From: Guillardia theta CCMP2712
Taxonomy: Eukaryota > Protista > Cryptophyta
NCBI RefSeq assembly: GCF_000315625.1
Contig: NW_005434640.1
Coordinates: 476,452-540,451, forward strand
Length of the DNA: 64,000 nt
Reading direction: 5' to 3'
Positions 1 to 11,630 of the stretch are shown here, one piece after another. Made by a program: the position numbers and the translations under genes. Position 1 is the first letter of the stretch. Every line of letters starts with the position of its first letter. The notes beneath the pieces are model-generated. The model saw only the letters and a list, made by a program, of their open reading frames with translations. It had not been told where the DNA came from and ran no database searches.

Positions 1-251
1 GGTAAAAAGTGCCTCAGGCAAAACAAAGCAGGAACAAGCTAAACCTCCAGGCACTGGCACAGCACACAGCGAGAAGCTGCACAGCTGCAGCGTCGCCGCC
101 GTCACGGGCAGCTACCGCTGACTCGGCTACCGCTGACTCGGAGGCTAGCGAGGAGGACTACCTCAAGCGGTACCGTGTTCCTGTGTCCAGCCTCCCTCCG
201 TCCGCTGCCCCAGGCGGACCCCCGGGCAACGCCGGCTCCTTGTCGGCGGCT
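1..251. repeat. Chimeric copy of retroelement-remnant sequence
   Basis: 1-83 is a near-identical inverted copy of ~3714-3792. 84-251 is a near-identical direct copy of ~4416-4595, with small indels. Confidence 0.85.
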
Positions 252-699
252 GCCGGCGGCGCTCTCAACTGACCCCTCTGGTTTCCAATAGTTTTCTGTG
301 GGGGTATCCTTCCACACATGTGAATAGCAAATGGCAGTTGGGGTCTGGGGTGGGTCAGACGGCTGGGAGCTGATTCAAATTGGTTGGGACGTGTTTAAGG
401 GGGTAGGGTACTTCCTGGTAGCAAATAATTGTACCAACAGTACCAATTTTATGGTACATATTCGAGTACTGTTAGGAAAACTTGTACCAAAATAGTTTAT
501 GCGGTACCTCCCCTGTTCAAACTATGATGCTTTGGACCCACCTGTTTCCCAGTGAAAGTCCCTTCTCCGATGGGGTCAAGTTTTGGACCCTACCCTGCCT
601 CCGACCAACATAGACCACCCTTGTAGATCAGAGGGAGCTCTCAAGCCTTGCCCCTTCCCTTCCCTGGTTGCATATCCAAGGTTAGCAAGCGAATGTTAC

Positions 700-2440
700 T
701 CATCTGCAGCAGGAGAGCTCAGACCAGGACAAGCAGAGGCAATCCCTGCAGAATCTGGTGTGAGCGCAGCAGTCTGAAAACATCTCTGTGATTGCAAACA
801 CATGTAAAGAGGGTTGATCATCATAGATTTTAGCAGCTTGAATAAGGAGTACTCCGCACGGACCGTCCGCTAGTGGCGCTGTACGATGGATGACATTGAC
901 TCTCATGAGCAATAAGTAGGAAGTCATGAAGCATGTCACGGAGACAGCATGATCTATACTTATTTCATAGGAATCTGCTGCAAAGAGTCGGGCTTGAGGG
1001 CGGTCTGAGCAATATGCAAGAGTATTGCCAAGGCATGTAAAGAGTTTCAAGGAATACCAGTGCATTCATCAAATGGCAGTGATGAGGTACCACATGAAGG
1101 TATGACTTGCAAATTGATTGCATGTCGTGTTCTATTTCATGACTTACAATCAAGACGCTTTGAGCGACAAAACGATACCCCTTATAGCATTGTAAATCAT
1201 ATTTCATTTCCTTCACCTCGAGTCGAAGCAAGAAATTTTCAAGGTGCTGATATCTTTGTTGTGACTAGACTGACATGGTATCAGGAGCAGTTAATTGATG
1301 TTGGATCCGATTGAATCATGCAGACGAAAATGGACGTACCCTTTTGAATAAATCTTTCTTCTCGAGTCTCATACCAGAGCTTTCTTGCCTCTTTCTTTGT
1401 AACCTAACATGTACAAAGCATTGGCATTTTCTTACACAAAGAAACTGAGCCTGACCAGCTTCTCTTATTCGCTGCATTCTCGCCCTTTCATCATTCTGAT
1501 CTTTTCCTCGCTTGACACCCTTGGGCCAAAGCGAGTTGCATGCTGCGATATCATCAATTGTTTGGAACCAAGCGATAAGTGGAACAAAGCGCTCAGGTGC
1601 TATGCAGGCTGCAATGCATCGCCGGCATTCCAACCATATGGATAAGTTTGCCAACTTTGCGCTGCTCATATTACTTGCAGCGAAAGTCAACCATTCCAGA
1701 TGATAAGGACAATGTATGAGACTTGCGCAGAAGAATGTGCAAACACTTCCACACGACGGTGAGTGTGCACGATTCCACATACACAAGGGCCGAATGCTGC
1801 GCAGAAGCATCTACCAATTTCTTGTCTAACCACTCTTTTGATGAATGAGCATCGACTTCTCTAACATGTACATCAGGTCATGCAGGCTCATGGAGAAATG
1901 ATGATGTTGTTAGCAACAACTTGGCTTTGTTTTATTGAAGTACGTTGAAAACATCACCTAGGCCGCTACATATTCCCATGTCCGCTTTGCAACAGTTCTA
2001 AACCACGTATCACCATAAAGTTGTACATCATTCGACTAGTCCGATAACATCTTCATGTAGAGTCTCAGTTTCAAGCACAACGCGGTTTGGAGCGATACTG
2101 TGACTTGTTTGCCTGGTATGATTACATGTGACATGCTCTCTTACACAATTGAAGAGTATTGTAGAAAATTCAGTCAAGCGGTGCACAGTTCAGCCTTTCT
2201 TTCTTGCTATTCATCAAACATAGTGTATCAGACAGATGTCATCGTGTGGATCGACGCAAAATAAAGATGAACTCGAAGTTCTGTCTGAAAAATGACCCTT
2301 TGCAAGTACTGATGGATCGAGAGCAAGTTCTTGATGCTGTATCATTGAGAAGTAAAATGACAGTCATAAGCCAGTGCTATACGACTCGAATCCATCAGCT
2401 TGAAATATGAACCACTGAGTTTCATTCCATGAATCATCTT
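700..2440 (-). CDS. Possible multi-exon hypothetical protein; boundaries uncertain
   Basis: Several minus-strand ORF pieces (700-1065, 965-1231, 1316-1810) downstream of a TACCC-rich block. No recognisable motif. Confidence 0.25.
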
Positions 2441-3042
2441 TCCTCCCGCATTCAAACTGAGAAACTCAGTGCTTGTCAACTCATGGGCATGGTTTCAGAG
2501 TTTGAATTTCCAGCAAGTTGAGGAAGGACAAGGCAGACAGAAGCGTCAAAGAAAGTTGAGGGTCATCAGGGAAGGTCTGACGAGAGTCTGAGACTCATGG
2601 ACAGGGAAGGATAGGGATGCGCAAGTGCGGAGGGCAGGGAGATGGGGAGGGAGACCTTCTCTGCTAAATGTATTTTAAAAGGTACCCATTACAGTACCAG
2701 ACCAAGACCTGTACCCCCCACCCCCCTGTCGCGTCCGTTGGGTTCGAATCATTTGAAATACTACCACGCCTACCCATCAGGTTCTGGTACAAATCATTAC
2801 TCCACTATACAAGGGCCTAACTAAGTGATCCTATGCAAAGGCAATAGGAACAACTGTTTACTTATCTAAGCTCTCAATTACCCCCGGTTGCCGTTGAACT
2901 TGCAGCGCTGGAAATGGATTTTCAAACCTTCCAATCCTTCGATTTTTTACTCACACACAATTTTGTACTGGAAAATGCCTGGATCTGGTACAAATCCCAA
3001 TTGTCAGCAAGTTCCTTGACCCGACAACGCTATGCCTTTCTT

Positions 3043-4596
3043 CGTCCGCGGCCGCCGGCTTTGTGGCGGCAGCGGACGTCTCGACTGACAGTGGTCAGTC
3101 GGCTGCCGGAGTCCGGGTATCGCGTCTACTGCGTCTAAGGGATTTTATTCCTCCTGCATGCTCCTGCTGCTTGTTGTTGAGGCACTTTTTACCTTCTGCC
3201 CGTAAATCCATCTCTCTACGATTCGGTCGATGCTCAACGAAGCTGGTCTTCAGAGCGTCATCGATACAGTGGGGGATCCTCGTTCTCGACGGCAGGTACC
3301 CTCCCATCCTCATGGCCGCAAGATGAAGGGCGATATCCACATCCCTGGAATCCGCGATCGAGGGTCTGAGCAGTACGAGGGCTTGATGGCGGACGTGACG
3401 TTGGTCCACCCTTACATTAGTAGCTCTGCCGACCTGACCAAGTGGGGGGAAGTCAACCTCGACGCCCTCCGCGGCCGCCCGCCGCTTTCAACGGTGGCGG
3501 CACGTCTCGACTGACAGTGGTCAGTCGGCTGCCTCCGGGTATCGCGTCTAAGGGATTTTATTCCTCCTGCATGCTCCTGCTGCTTGTTGCTTGATTGCCT
3601 GACCCTTAGGCTGCTTGTCTGCGCGGCCGCGGCGGCTTCGCGCTTGGGCTGGCGCTGCCGCGTCTGGGTGCCAGCAGTGCTGGTTCTTTTCGGGCTTGTG
3701 TTTTGTGTGTGATTGTGCAGCTTCTCGCTGTGCGCTGTGTGCCAGGAGGTTTAGCTTGTTCCTGCTTTGTTTTGCTTGAGGCACTTTTTACCTTCTGCCA
3801 GTAAATCCATCTTCCTCCCTGTTGCAGCGTCTGAGAAGATTCGCAAACATCGCGCTGCATATGCTATGACTACTCCTCCTCGAGCGTTCATCCCTCTTGC
3901 CATCTCGACGGACGGTACCCTGCATCCTGACACCCTCCGCTTCATCTGGTATCTGGCGGACATCATTGCTCAGCGCTCGATGCCTCTTGAGGATGCGGCG
4001 TTTGGTCGGCACTTCGTGCCTGATGACGGCCCTGCTGCTGAGGTCTTGGCTCGCAAACGCGCCGCCACCTATCAGCGCCTCACCATGCAGCTGACGCTGG
4101 AGGCGCTCTTGTCTGGTGCGAGGCGCATGACGCCCTTGCGGGCGCAAGCACTTCTCGAGCCAGAGGACAGCTCCTCCTCGGACTCTTTGTCGAGTCGCCC
4201 GAGGGGGAGTCTTCCGACCGGAGGTCTCCGACTCCGATGGGGGAAACATCCAGAGTGGCGCCGCCGATCGGCGCGGAGCTGGCCAAGCGTCTCCGTCCCT
4301 CACTGTGACGTCGGGTGCCTCCGGAGAGCTCGACAACACTGGGGTGCTTGCTGCTGGTCCGAGCTCGCCTGCTTCCTCCCCGGCATCGGTCGGGTCACGC
4401 CGGTCCTTGGGCATTGCTGCGGCGTCGCCGCCGTCACGGGCAGCTACCGCTGACTCGCGGCTACCGCTGACTCGGAGGCTAGCGAGGAGGACTACCTCGA
4501 GCGGTACCGTGTTCCAGAGGAGTCCAGCCTCCCTCCGTCACGGGGCCGCTGCCCCAGGCGGACCCCCGGGCAACGCCGGCTCCTTGTCGGCGGCTT
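3043..4596 (+). mobile_element. Degenerate, rearranged 3' remnant of a non-LTR retrotransposon with a restriction-like endonuclease (CRE/R2-type RLE)
   Basis: ORF 3230-3514 has KGDIHI...LMADVTLVHP. ORF 3767-4453 has AASEKIRKH...FIPLAISTDGTLHP. These match the RLE pattern PD...DVT..P / A...K..KY....F.P.A.E..G. Internal duplications present; no RT domain visible. Confidence 0.7.
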
Positions 4597-4619
4597 GACG
4601 GAATACAAGTTTGTTAGAC

Positions 4620-5125
4620 TTGTACTAGTCCAAAGTCACGCAGATATCACATCGACCTTAGTTGTAACAAGACAGTTTTTGCTCAAGACCGAGTTTAATG
4701 CACACAAAACCAGAATTGAGGAGCACATGAGAGATAGACTGTATGCTAGGATGTGAAACCCAAGCATCCAGACATGAGAGGACCTTAACAAGACGGCCCT
4801 AGGAAAGTCCCCTCTTCATCCCACGTACTACATGCCGCCTCGCCACGTAAGTCGTCTTGGTTTACAGGAGAGTTTTTGTTAACTCGGCGCTATCTGACTG
4901 GCACGGCTGGCATACGTACCATCCTCCCCCCGAGTTTCTGAAATAGTACGTTACATCGGACGTCAGAAAGTCACTCAAACAAGAGAATGTCAGCAGATCC
5001 AAGTCAAGATACGATGATACAACGTCAAGTTCACAGTCATGCTGAGTGGGCAATAACCATTGGCAAGAACTTCAGATAACAGAGAGAGAGAGAGAGAGTT
5101 TACCTTCTGCGAGTAAAACTTCATT
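4620..5125 (-). CDS. Possible small multi-exon hypothetical gene
   Basis: ATG AAG TTT TAC TCG CAG AAG followed by a GTAAAC donor near 5104, then a (CT)n intron and exon-like ORF 4862-5040. No motif. Confidence 0.2.
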
Positions 5126-5139
5126 CTCTCCTCACTAGG

Positions 5140-5810
5140 GCCTCCGAGTCAGCGCCGGTAGCCGAGACCAACATCACCCGTGACGGCCGCGGGCGGTCGG
5201 ACGCCCGGTATCAATGCCCAAGGACCCGGGGGCCGCGGCTGTGCGGCACTGATCGGGCGAGGCCGCGGCACTGGGCCCCGGGCGGCCGGGCCGGCCGCGG
5301 CCGGGCGAGCGGACTCCCGCCGGGAGCCGAGGCTCGGACCACCCGGGGTGACCGTGGTCCGATCCGGGTCAACCAGAGGGGTTACCAGGAGCTTTTGTAC
5401 CATATATACATTCTATCAGTAATCTCTCAAAACTTGAACAACATTTATGAAATTACTCAAAAACCGTTTGTGGTACAAAAATTCAAACCAGACAGACCAC
5501 CACATCACCAAAGGTACCCCAATTCATCATATACGAAAGGGGCACCTTCAGCGGTGAGACGGTGGTGTCACAGCCTCGAGCGGCATTATTGACTCGGCCG
5601 GGCGGCGACGACGCGGCAGTGCAGCTGACGGTACCGATCCAAGTAACTTAGTAATGCAAACAGTCCTCCTCACCGCCGCCGACAACTTGCAAGGAGCCAT
5701 GGCCGGGCACAGGCCCGCCGGCGGGCCGTGACACTGCCGCGGCTGAGCCTCTCACTGACTCACACTCGGCACTCAGAGCTTAACGGCATCGTAACGGGTA
5801 CAATGGCACC
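5140..5810. promoter_or_regulatory. Hairpin/palindrome-dense GC island with AT-rich core
   Basis: CCGGCCGCGGCCGG palindrome 5291-5304; TCGGACCAC/GTGGTCCGA stem 5334-5362; TTTTGTACCA (5393-5402) and TGGTACAAAA (5471-5480) inverted pair. Confidence 0.45.
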
Positions 5811-6407
5811 AGTGGTTTTTCCTGATTATCCGAAAAGACTTCTTTTCATATCTCATACCCGAGCGCTTCGAACCCAACCCCCGCAAAACCCAGGTCTGGG
5901 AGGGTAGGGGTTAATTTGGAGGTTGGAGAGGGTAGGGGTTAATGGAAAGTTGGGGGGGTAGAGAGCCATTTCAGAGTACCACAAAAGATCAAACATAGGT
6001 ACGGGGTAGGGGTTCAAGGAGGGGGTTGTATAGGGTTACTGAGGGTAGGGTCTGCACTTACAAAAGAGGATGACGGGTAACCCTCACCATCGTGTCTTCC
6101 TCTTCCCTAGTACCCACCACATCTACTACATTTTCATTAGAAATACACCGGTATCAGTATCACTCCACCCCAGCCTGGATCAAAGGTGCCATTTATGATT
6201 GTTCAGCTGCTGCGACTAGAGTCCTGCTTCATCCCCTCAGTCTCTCCCCTCACCCGCCTCCCCCCCGCCTCTTCCTTCTTCCAAGTTTCCCGTGTCTCAA
6301 GTCCTTTTCGCAACCTGCCACTGCTAGTCTGGCTGCTCACCTGATAATCAAGTTCTTACAAGTTCGCTATTCATCGCCTTCAGCAAATTTTTTCGTTGCA
6401 CACTCAA

Positions 6408-7216
6408 ATGGTCATTCTCGGAGGCATGCCCGAGAGACAGAAGGGTACCTTCTTAATGCTAATGTCTGTTTTCATTTCCGTGACTTCGTCTGCCTATTGC
6501 TTCAACCCATATTTTGCCATTCAATCGGCCAAAAGGGAACTCACGTTTCAGCAACGTGCACGCCTCGCTCTCCGCAAGGTATGTAGTTTAAACGGTCTAG
6601 AGTGCACTGATTTCATGTACAGAATTCGGCCTTAAAAACAAATGTCACAGACAGGTCAAGCAGTTCGCTTCGTATGGTAGCGATTGGGGCGGGAGCAATG
6701 GATCAATGCCCTAGCAATACAGCAGTGAAAGGGGATACGGTCATAGTCAAGTACACCGTAACGGCGGAAACGGGGGAGAAACTAGAGGGAAGTGGAGGAT
6801 TTGCAAAGTTTTTGAAACAAGACGGAGTTCTGCCGGATGGCTTCATTGCTACTCGGTTCGTTCTGGGTAAATCTCAAGTATCGGCCAAAGTTGAAAACGC
6901 CGTCTCCACACTGAGATCTGGTGAGACAACGAGAATACTCCTTGATGATTTCTTTGGCAAGCAGGAGGAAGATAAGATTTACACTATCACCAAGAACATG
7001 GTTGGACTGCCACCTGACATGCCAGTGGCCCTCGGCACGACATTCAAAATAAATGGAGGGGCAAGTGCGAGGGTGGTAGAGGAAGATGGCGAATGGCTTG
7101 TGCTGGACGCGAATCACATACATGCTGGGAAAAGATTATTCCTTGATGTCACCCTCGTTGATATCCAGGGTAAACATGCTGGACCACAGGAGGTAGACTT
7201 CGAGATGGACCAATGA
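6408..7216 (+). CDS. SlyD/FkpB-type FKBP peptidyl-prolyl isomerase, probably plastid-targeted
   Basis: VKGDTVIVKYTV and VLDANHIHAGKRLFLDVTLVDI (cf. SlyD VDxNHPLAGKxLxFxV). A 44-bp intron (6579-6622) joins an exon carrying a hydrophobic signal ending SSAYC-F in frame. Confidence 0.85.
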
Positions 7217-7559
7217 TCTTTTCAAGAAATCTTGCTACCTCAGGTTGAATGCATCTCCCCATCTACACCTCTTTTGCAAGATCGCAGCACTTGTTGCACA
7301 CTCCTGCGGATATAGTTTGATCATTGTTCTGACTCAATTATCCGATGCTCCTTCAAACTCTTACTCAACCGCCTTCCAAATTGGATTTGTTTCGTTATGT
7401 TTGAGATGGGTTCAGAGAAAAATACATAGATGCATAGCTGCAATCTCACTCCAAGATCCCATCATTCGAACAATTAAAAAAAAACAACCATCGCCTAACC
7501 CATCGCCACCCCATCACATCTCTTGAATCAACAGCGTGAGCCGCTGATACGGGTCACCG

Positions 7560-8235
7560 ACCGTTCGTTACTAACGTTGGAGCATAGAAGCGAATGAATC
7601 TAACAATCTTGGATCGCAACATTGCAAGGGCCCCATGCCATTGTAAAGTCTTTTGGAGCTCCAAACTCCTCTCTGCCATCGGGATACACGCGGAATGGTG
7701 TCTGCGAAATGATCAGAAACAGTCTCACACTAAAGCCGTTTCTAAACCTCATCGCACCAAGCACCCGGGCACTTGTAAGGGGGAACACCTTCCATGCTTC
7801 CATATGCAACCTGCACGATAGTTGGTACAAACCAACGTCTATCACACACAATACCCCGTCCGTCTCGTAGTATCTCTCCACGGGTAAGTCTCTGGCCTCA
7901 AGAGCCAGAGCTTGAGTTGGATGCACAAATGAGGGACCAGCTGTCTTTCTAACGAGAACTGGATAATCAATCTTGCGAGTCTGATACAGAACTGAATCTT
8001 TTTTCTGTAAAAAGAGTATCAGTCCACATCCATACATCACAACACGAACAACTGTCCAATGGTCCTCAATGAGACAACCAAAGATTAAATCAGATCTCAC
8101 AGGCATGGCACACGCACAAGCCATCTCTCACACTTGATCTACCTGTACAGAAGATCCAACGATGATCAGTAGGAGCGACAACGCAGCCGCTGTTGTGGCC
8201 ATTGCCCCGGCTACAATGGCTTCCTGTCGCGCCAT
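7560..8235 (-). CDS. Hypothetical secreted/membrane-anchored protein, multi-exon; 3' end uncertain
   Basis: MARQEAIVAGAMATTAAALSLLLIIVGSSVQ followed by a GT donor; further ORF pieces in 7600-8124. Confidence 0.4.
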
Positions 8236-8926
8236 GTTGATGTTGGGAATGACACAGAAAACCCCTTCTGGTATATGTACACCCTGTAAAACGTGCTGAA
8301 AGTACCGGGTACCACAGGCCATCGGTATCACCCCTACCCCCTCTACAGTCCGCGAGCGAAGAGTCAATACCTGGACCCCTACCCCCTTTCCCTTTCTACC
8401 CCCTCAAACATGATCATGTTTTAGGGTATGGAGTTATTAGTCTTGATCTAAATCACCCTACCCCTTGTGATGATAACGTCTTTCAAACCCTCAGTACCCC
8501 AACCAAAGTTCCCACCTACCCCTTTAAGACCTACAATTATGCTGAAAAAGTACCCCCGTGCATTTGACCCTACCCTATATTCATGTACCCCCCACCCCCC
8601 TGAATGTTAGCTGATCGCCTATCCATGCAGGTACGATGGGTTACAAAGGTCGAAGATCACCTGTGGGCTATCATGACCTGTCGAGTCATGCTGTCTTGTT
8701 GTTCTTGTCCTTGTTCTCATCTACATTCACTCCCCTGTCTTCTTGTTCACCTTGTCCAGTTCCTGCTCTTCTTGTGTCCATATGTCATGCCTCATCGATA
8801 TTCCTCGCAGTACCCAGCAAATTTGTGCATTGCACTATTCGTTTGAAATTTCGTGAGAGATACTCTGGCAATTACAGAAAAACGCAGTGAAAAAAGTTCT
8901 CGTTACATCTCTTTTATTTTTATATC

Positions 8927-11383
8927 ATGTCAAATAAGTGTCCCCTGATGTTTCGTTCTTATTCTTTGTCTTCTCGGCTATTCTTGATCACTTCGTTTGA
9001 ACTTTGCTTCACTCATCTGACGCCTCGGTTCTGGCAGAGCAAGGCTGTTTTCATCATTGGAGCGGGAGCCTGTTCTGCCTTGGGCGGCCTGTGGTTGTGG
9101 TGGAGGTGGAGGAAGTATCGGGTTTTCTTGAAACCCGTTTTCGATGAAGATGGCGTCCCCGTCGAGCGAATGATCCCACCCAAGGACGTTTTGTTCGGCA
9201 AAGTGGAAGGCGAAAATCGTGGCCCTTGCCCAATGGATCCAGCGCTGAAGAGGAAAGATGACCTCTACTGGCTCCGTGACGACACGCGCAGCAACCCTAA
9301 AGTGCTCGCACATCTGAACCGTGAGAATGCTTACTTCGAGCACAAGTTCAGGCCGCTCCGCAGGTTGCACACCAAGATCTACAGAGAGTTTGTCAGTCAC
9401 GTGAAGGAAACGGATGAAGAGGTTCCCTATCCTTGGGGTAATTACATCTACTACACCAGAACGGTGAAGGGCTTGTCGTATCCCATTCATTGCAGGAGGT
9501 TGACGGACACAAAGGAGAAGGCGAGCGCAGAGGAGGTTGTTCTGGATGTCAACTTGCTCAGCAAGGGAAAGAAGTACTGCGACGTTCACTCAGTTGAGCC
9601 CAGTCCTGACCATCAGCTCATCGGCTTCACGGTGGATCACACCGGGTATGAAACGTTCGAGATCAAGATCAAGGACATGGCGACCGGTCGACTGATCCCG
9701 CTGGGTGTCGATGAATCGGCTGGGCAAATGGTTTGGGGCTCGAGCAACTCAGAATTTTTCTATACGACCATGGACTCAGAGCATCGGCCTTACAAGGTAT
9801 GGAAACATGTCCTGGGAGAGGACCAGAGCAAAGACGTTTGTTTGTTCACGGAAGACGATGAGCTCTTCTGGATCGACATCGACAAGACCTGCAGCGGAAG
9901 GTTCCTCATCGTCGAGTCGTGCTCGCCAACTACATCAGAGATCCACGTCCTCGACTTGCAGGACAGCAAGGCGACGCTGTCAGTCGTGCAGCCACGAGTC
10001 AAGGACCACAGATACTCGGTCGAGCACTGGGGAGAACATTTCTACATCATCACCAACATGGACAAGTGCATCAACTCTAAACTGGTGAAGACTAAGATCT
10101 CAAGTCCAAGCAGGTAACCCCTTGCACAAGGTTGCTGCGCCTCGTTACTGAGTTGACTTGCTCCCGATGGTATAGGGATCACTGGGTTGAAGTCCTTCCG
10201 TATGAGAAGTCGACCAAGCTGGATTATCTTGTATGCTTTGCGGATCACGTTGTGATCAATGGGCGAAGCAATGGCTTGAAGATGTGCAAGATCATGGACA
10301 TGCGGACTGGAGCTGTTCACGATCTGCACTTTGACGAGGAGTGCTACGACATGTATCCCAAGAAGAACAAGCAGTTTGACAGCAAGCTGTTTCGCTTCGG
10401 ATACTCCTCTCTCGTCACTCCGCACTCCACATTTGAGTATGACATGACAACAAGGAAGAAAACGATGCTCAAGGAGCAGGAGGTGCCGGGCTACGACCGG
10501 AGCATGTATCGCACGGCTAGAATCATGGCGCAGGCACGGGACGGAGAGCAAGTGGCCGTCTCCCTGGTCTTTCACAAGGACTGTGCGTGGGCGAAATCAA
10601 GATCTCCCTCCCCCATGATGCTCTACGGGTACGGCTCCTATGGTATCTGCATCGACCCTTCCTTCGACTCCAAGACCATCAGCTTCTTGGATCGCGGCAT
10701 GATCTATGCGATTGCGCACATCAGAGGAGGTGGAGAGATGGGAAGGCAGTGGTATGAGGAGCAGGGGAAGTTTCTCACCAAGATGAACACCTTCACCGAC
10801 TTCTGTGACTGTGCTGAGCACTTGATCAAGCTCGGCATGACCACCTCCTCTCGCTTGGCCATCTCGGGCAGGTTTCCTTCTCTCTCTCTCTAACTCTCGT
10901 CTGTGTGACCTCAAGGACGGCAGGAGCGCTGGTGGTCTGCTCATGGGCGCGGTGATGAATCTTCGTCCCGATCTCTTCCGCGTCGTCGTCGCGGGCGTTC
11001 CGTTCGTGGACATCATGGCGACGATGAGCGATCCGAGCATACCCCTGACCATCACCGAGTGGGAAGAGTGGGGAAACCCCAACGAGCGGCGCTTCTTCGA
11101 CTACATGCTCTCCTACAGCCCCGTCGACAACATTCGCGACGCTCACTACCCCGCTCTCCTCGTCACCGCAGGTCTCAACGACCCGCGCGTGCCCTACTGG
11201 GAACCGGCTAAGTGGGTCGCACGACTGAGGGAGAAAAACAAGAGCAAGAAGCCGATGCTGCTTCGCACCGACATGAGCTCAGGTCACTTCGCAGCGTCGG
11301 ACAGGTACCGCCTCATGGCTGAGCGATCCATCGAGTTCGCCTTTGTCGTTGACCAGCTCGAGTGCCGGGAGCTGCTCAACTAG
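8927..11383 (+). CDS. ptrB: Oligopeptidase B (peptidase S9A)
   Basis: DDLYWLRDD, YGYGSYG, AHIRGGGEMG. Triad motifs GRSAGG (rebuilt across intron 10872-10923), NDPRV and SGHF. Intron 10114-10175. Exact start uncertain. Confidence 0.95.
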
Positions 11384-11630
11384 AGACTCTTAAAAAACGT
11401 GAGCCGTTACAAAAGTACGTCCGTTACACAATGACCGTTTCGAAACTGCGAAGATGCCATGCGATGGGGGGGGAGGAGAGAGGGAGGAGGGAGGAGGGAG
11501 GAGGGAGGAGGGAGAGGGACAGGGAGAGAGGGACAGGGACAGGGACAGGGAGAGAGGGGAAGGGGGAGGGGGAGGGGCTCTAGTTGACCCGCGTGACTCA
11601 GACTTCTCGCTCCGCACGCTCCTCCTGCGA

